Of a stretch of DNA of 64,000 nt, positions 63,194-64,000 are shown in pieces. The notes under the pieces are model-generated. The model was not told where the DNA came from, searched no databases, and worked only from the letters and a program-made list of their open reading frames with translations. Source of the stretch: an uncultured Pseudomonadota bacterium. Lineage in GTDB: Bacteria; Oederibacteriota; Muellerivitia; Muellerivitales; Muellerivitaceae. The DNA is taken from contig CAVYRH010000002.1 in the NCBI GenBank assembly GCA_963770835.1, positions 32,001-96,000 on the forward strand, in the 5' to 3' direction. Every line of letters starts with the position of its first letter. Position 1 is the stretch's first letter. The translations under genes and the position numbers were made by a program.

Positions 63194-64000
63194 TCATTTC
63201 CCCGCCGCGTCCAAGGCTTGGAGATTCTCCCGGGCCGGTGTTACTTTCAGCGCGTCCCCTTTTGTGGCCTTTTCAAAAACCTTCCTCGCCTCCGAGTATT
63301 GCCCCATTTGAACTAAAATGACCCCCTGTTCGTTGTACATATGCGGCAAAGGATAGCCTCTCAAAACACAGTTTTGTGCCGCCTCCAGGCAGCCTGGAGC
63401 GTCCTTATCCATGGCCCGATTATCAAAGACCTTCTCCCAAAATACGGATTCTAAAAAAGGATCACCCCAAACTTTATCTTGCGACCGTTCCATTTGCGCG
63501 ACGAGGCCTTCCCTCGAGTCGCCGGGCATGGCATCGATCATTTCCGGGGTTAAGGCCTGCAAGTTGCGGTTAAGGGCAAACCAATTTTCCAAGGTTGACA
63601 TGTTGGAGGGCTGGATAGGAATGACCCCTAAGGCCCACCAACCGTAGGCTTCCCGAGGACAAAGCCAATAAAACCTCCCCTCCGGAAACCGGGTGGACAA
63701 AAACGGCAGATAATTGGCGTCCACCAGCACCGCAACCCACTTGGCATCCGCGAAGGAAAGAGATGGATTGATGGCTACGTCAAAGGAATAAGCGGCCACT
63801 TCGGGGGTTACATCGACCACATGGGCCCGAAGGTCGAACAAGAGGGCGCCCGGTCCCATTTGCGAATCGGCCTTCCGTAGAATCTCGTAGGATTTCCAAA
63901 GCTCGTATTGCTTCCCGAAGTTCCAGGCGTTTCCCGGCGTTCCCCAATAATGGGGAAACCGGTTGAACAGATGGTAGGAATCCAGACCCATGGAAACCCC
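63194..64000 (-). CDS. C-terminal part of a TPR-containing protein (possibly the soluble domain of a GT-C-like protein); truncated by the window edge
   Basis: Frame open to 64000; C-terminal TPR HMYNEQGVILVQMGQYSEARKVFEKA..ARENL. Confidence 0.65.
   Translation of the reverse strand, partial: GVSMGLDSYHLFNRFPHYWGTPGNAWNFGKQYELWKSYEILRKADSQMGPGALLFDLRAHVVDVTPEVAAYSFDVAINPSLSFADAKWVAVLVDANYLPFLSTRFPEGRFYWLCPREAYGWWALGVIPIQPSNMSTLENWFALNRNLQALTPEMIDAMPGDSREGLVAQMERSQDKVWGDPFLESVFWEKVFDNRAMDKDAPGCLEAAQNCVLRGYPLPHMYNEQGVILVQMGQYSEARKVFEKATKGDALKVTPARENLQALDAAGK

Overview
Bacterial chromosomal window, mostly housekeeping and envelope genes. I found no integrase, transposase, CRISPR array or phage module. 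It holds a complete minus-strand rRNA operon (16S-tRNA-Ile-tRNA-Ala-23S-5S), tRNA-Leu(GAG), type III glutamine synthetase, GOGAT (gltB, gltD), a 2-oxoacid:ferredoxin oxidoreductase pair, def/fmt/rsmB, thiSGE and two peptide-ABC ATPases. Two systems stand out. (1) A three-gene cluster at 35.6-39.5 kb (SDR/epimerase, Spt-like alpha-oxoamine synthase, GNAT) matches the bacterial ceramide pathway, and an Aur1-like PAP2 gene lies 14 kb away. (2) An 11.6-kb operon encodes a 2050-aa double GT-C/DUF2298 fusion, a second DUF2298 protein with a zinc ribbon, two membrane-anchored NHL propellers and a polyprenol-phosphate-sugar synthase. Two further GT-C-type genes and a third possible one lie elsewhere in the window. 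Several genes carry 1-nt frameshifts (positions 1-662, the radical SAM C-terminus and about 10 breaks in gltB); these look like long-read consensus errors rather than pseudogenization. The gene style suggests an uncultured candidate phylum (my guess is FCPU426-like), which is an inference to test with the 16S. All product calls come from motif recognition by eye; no searches were run.
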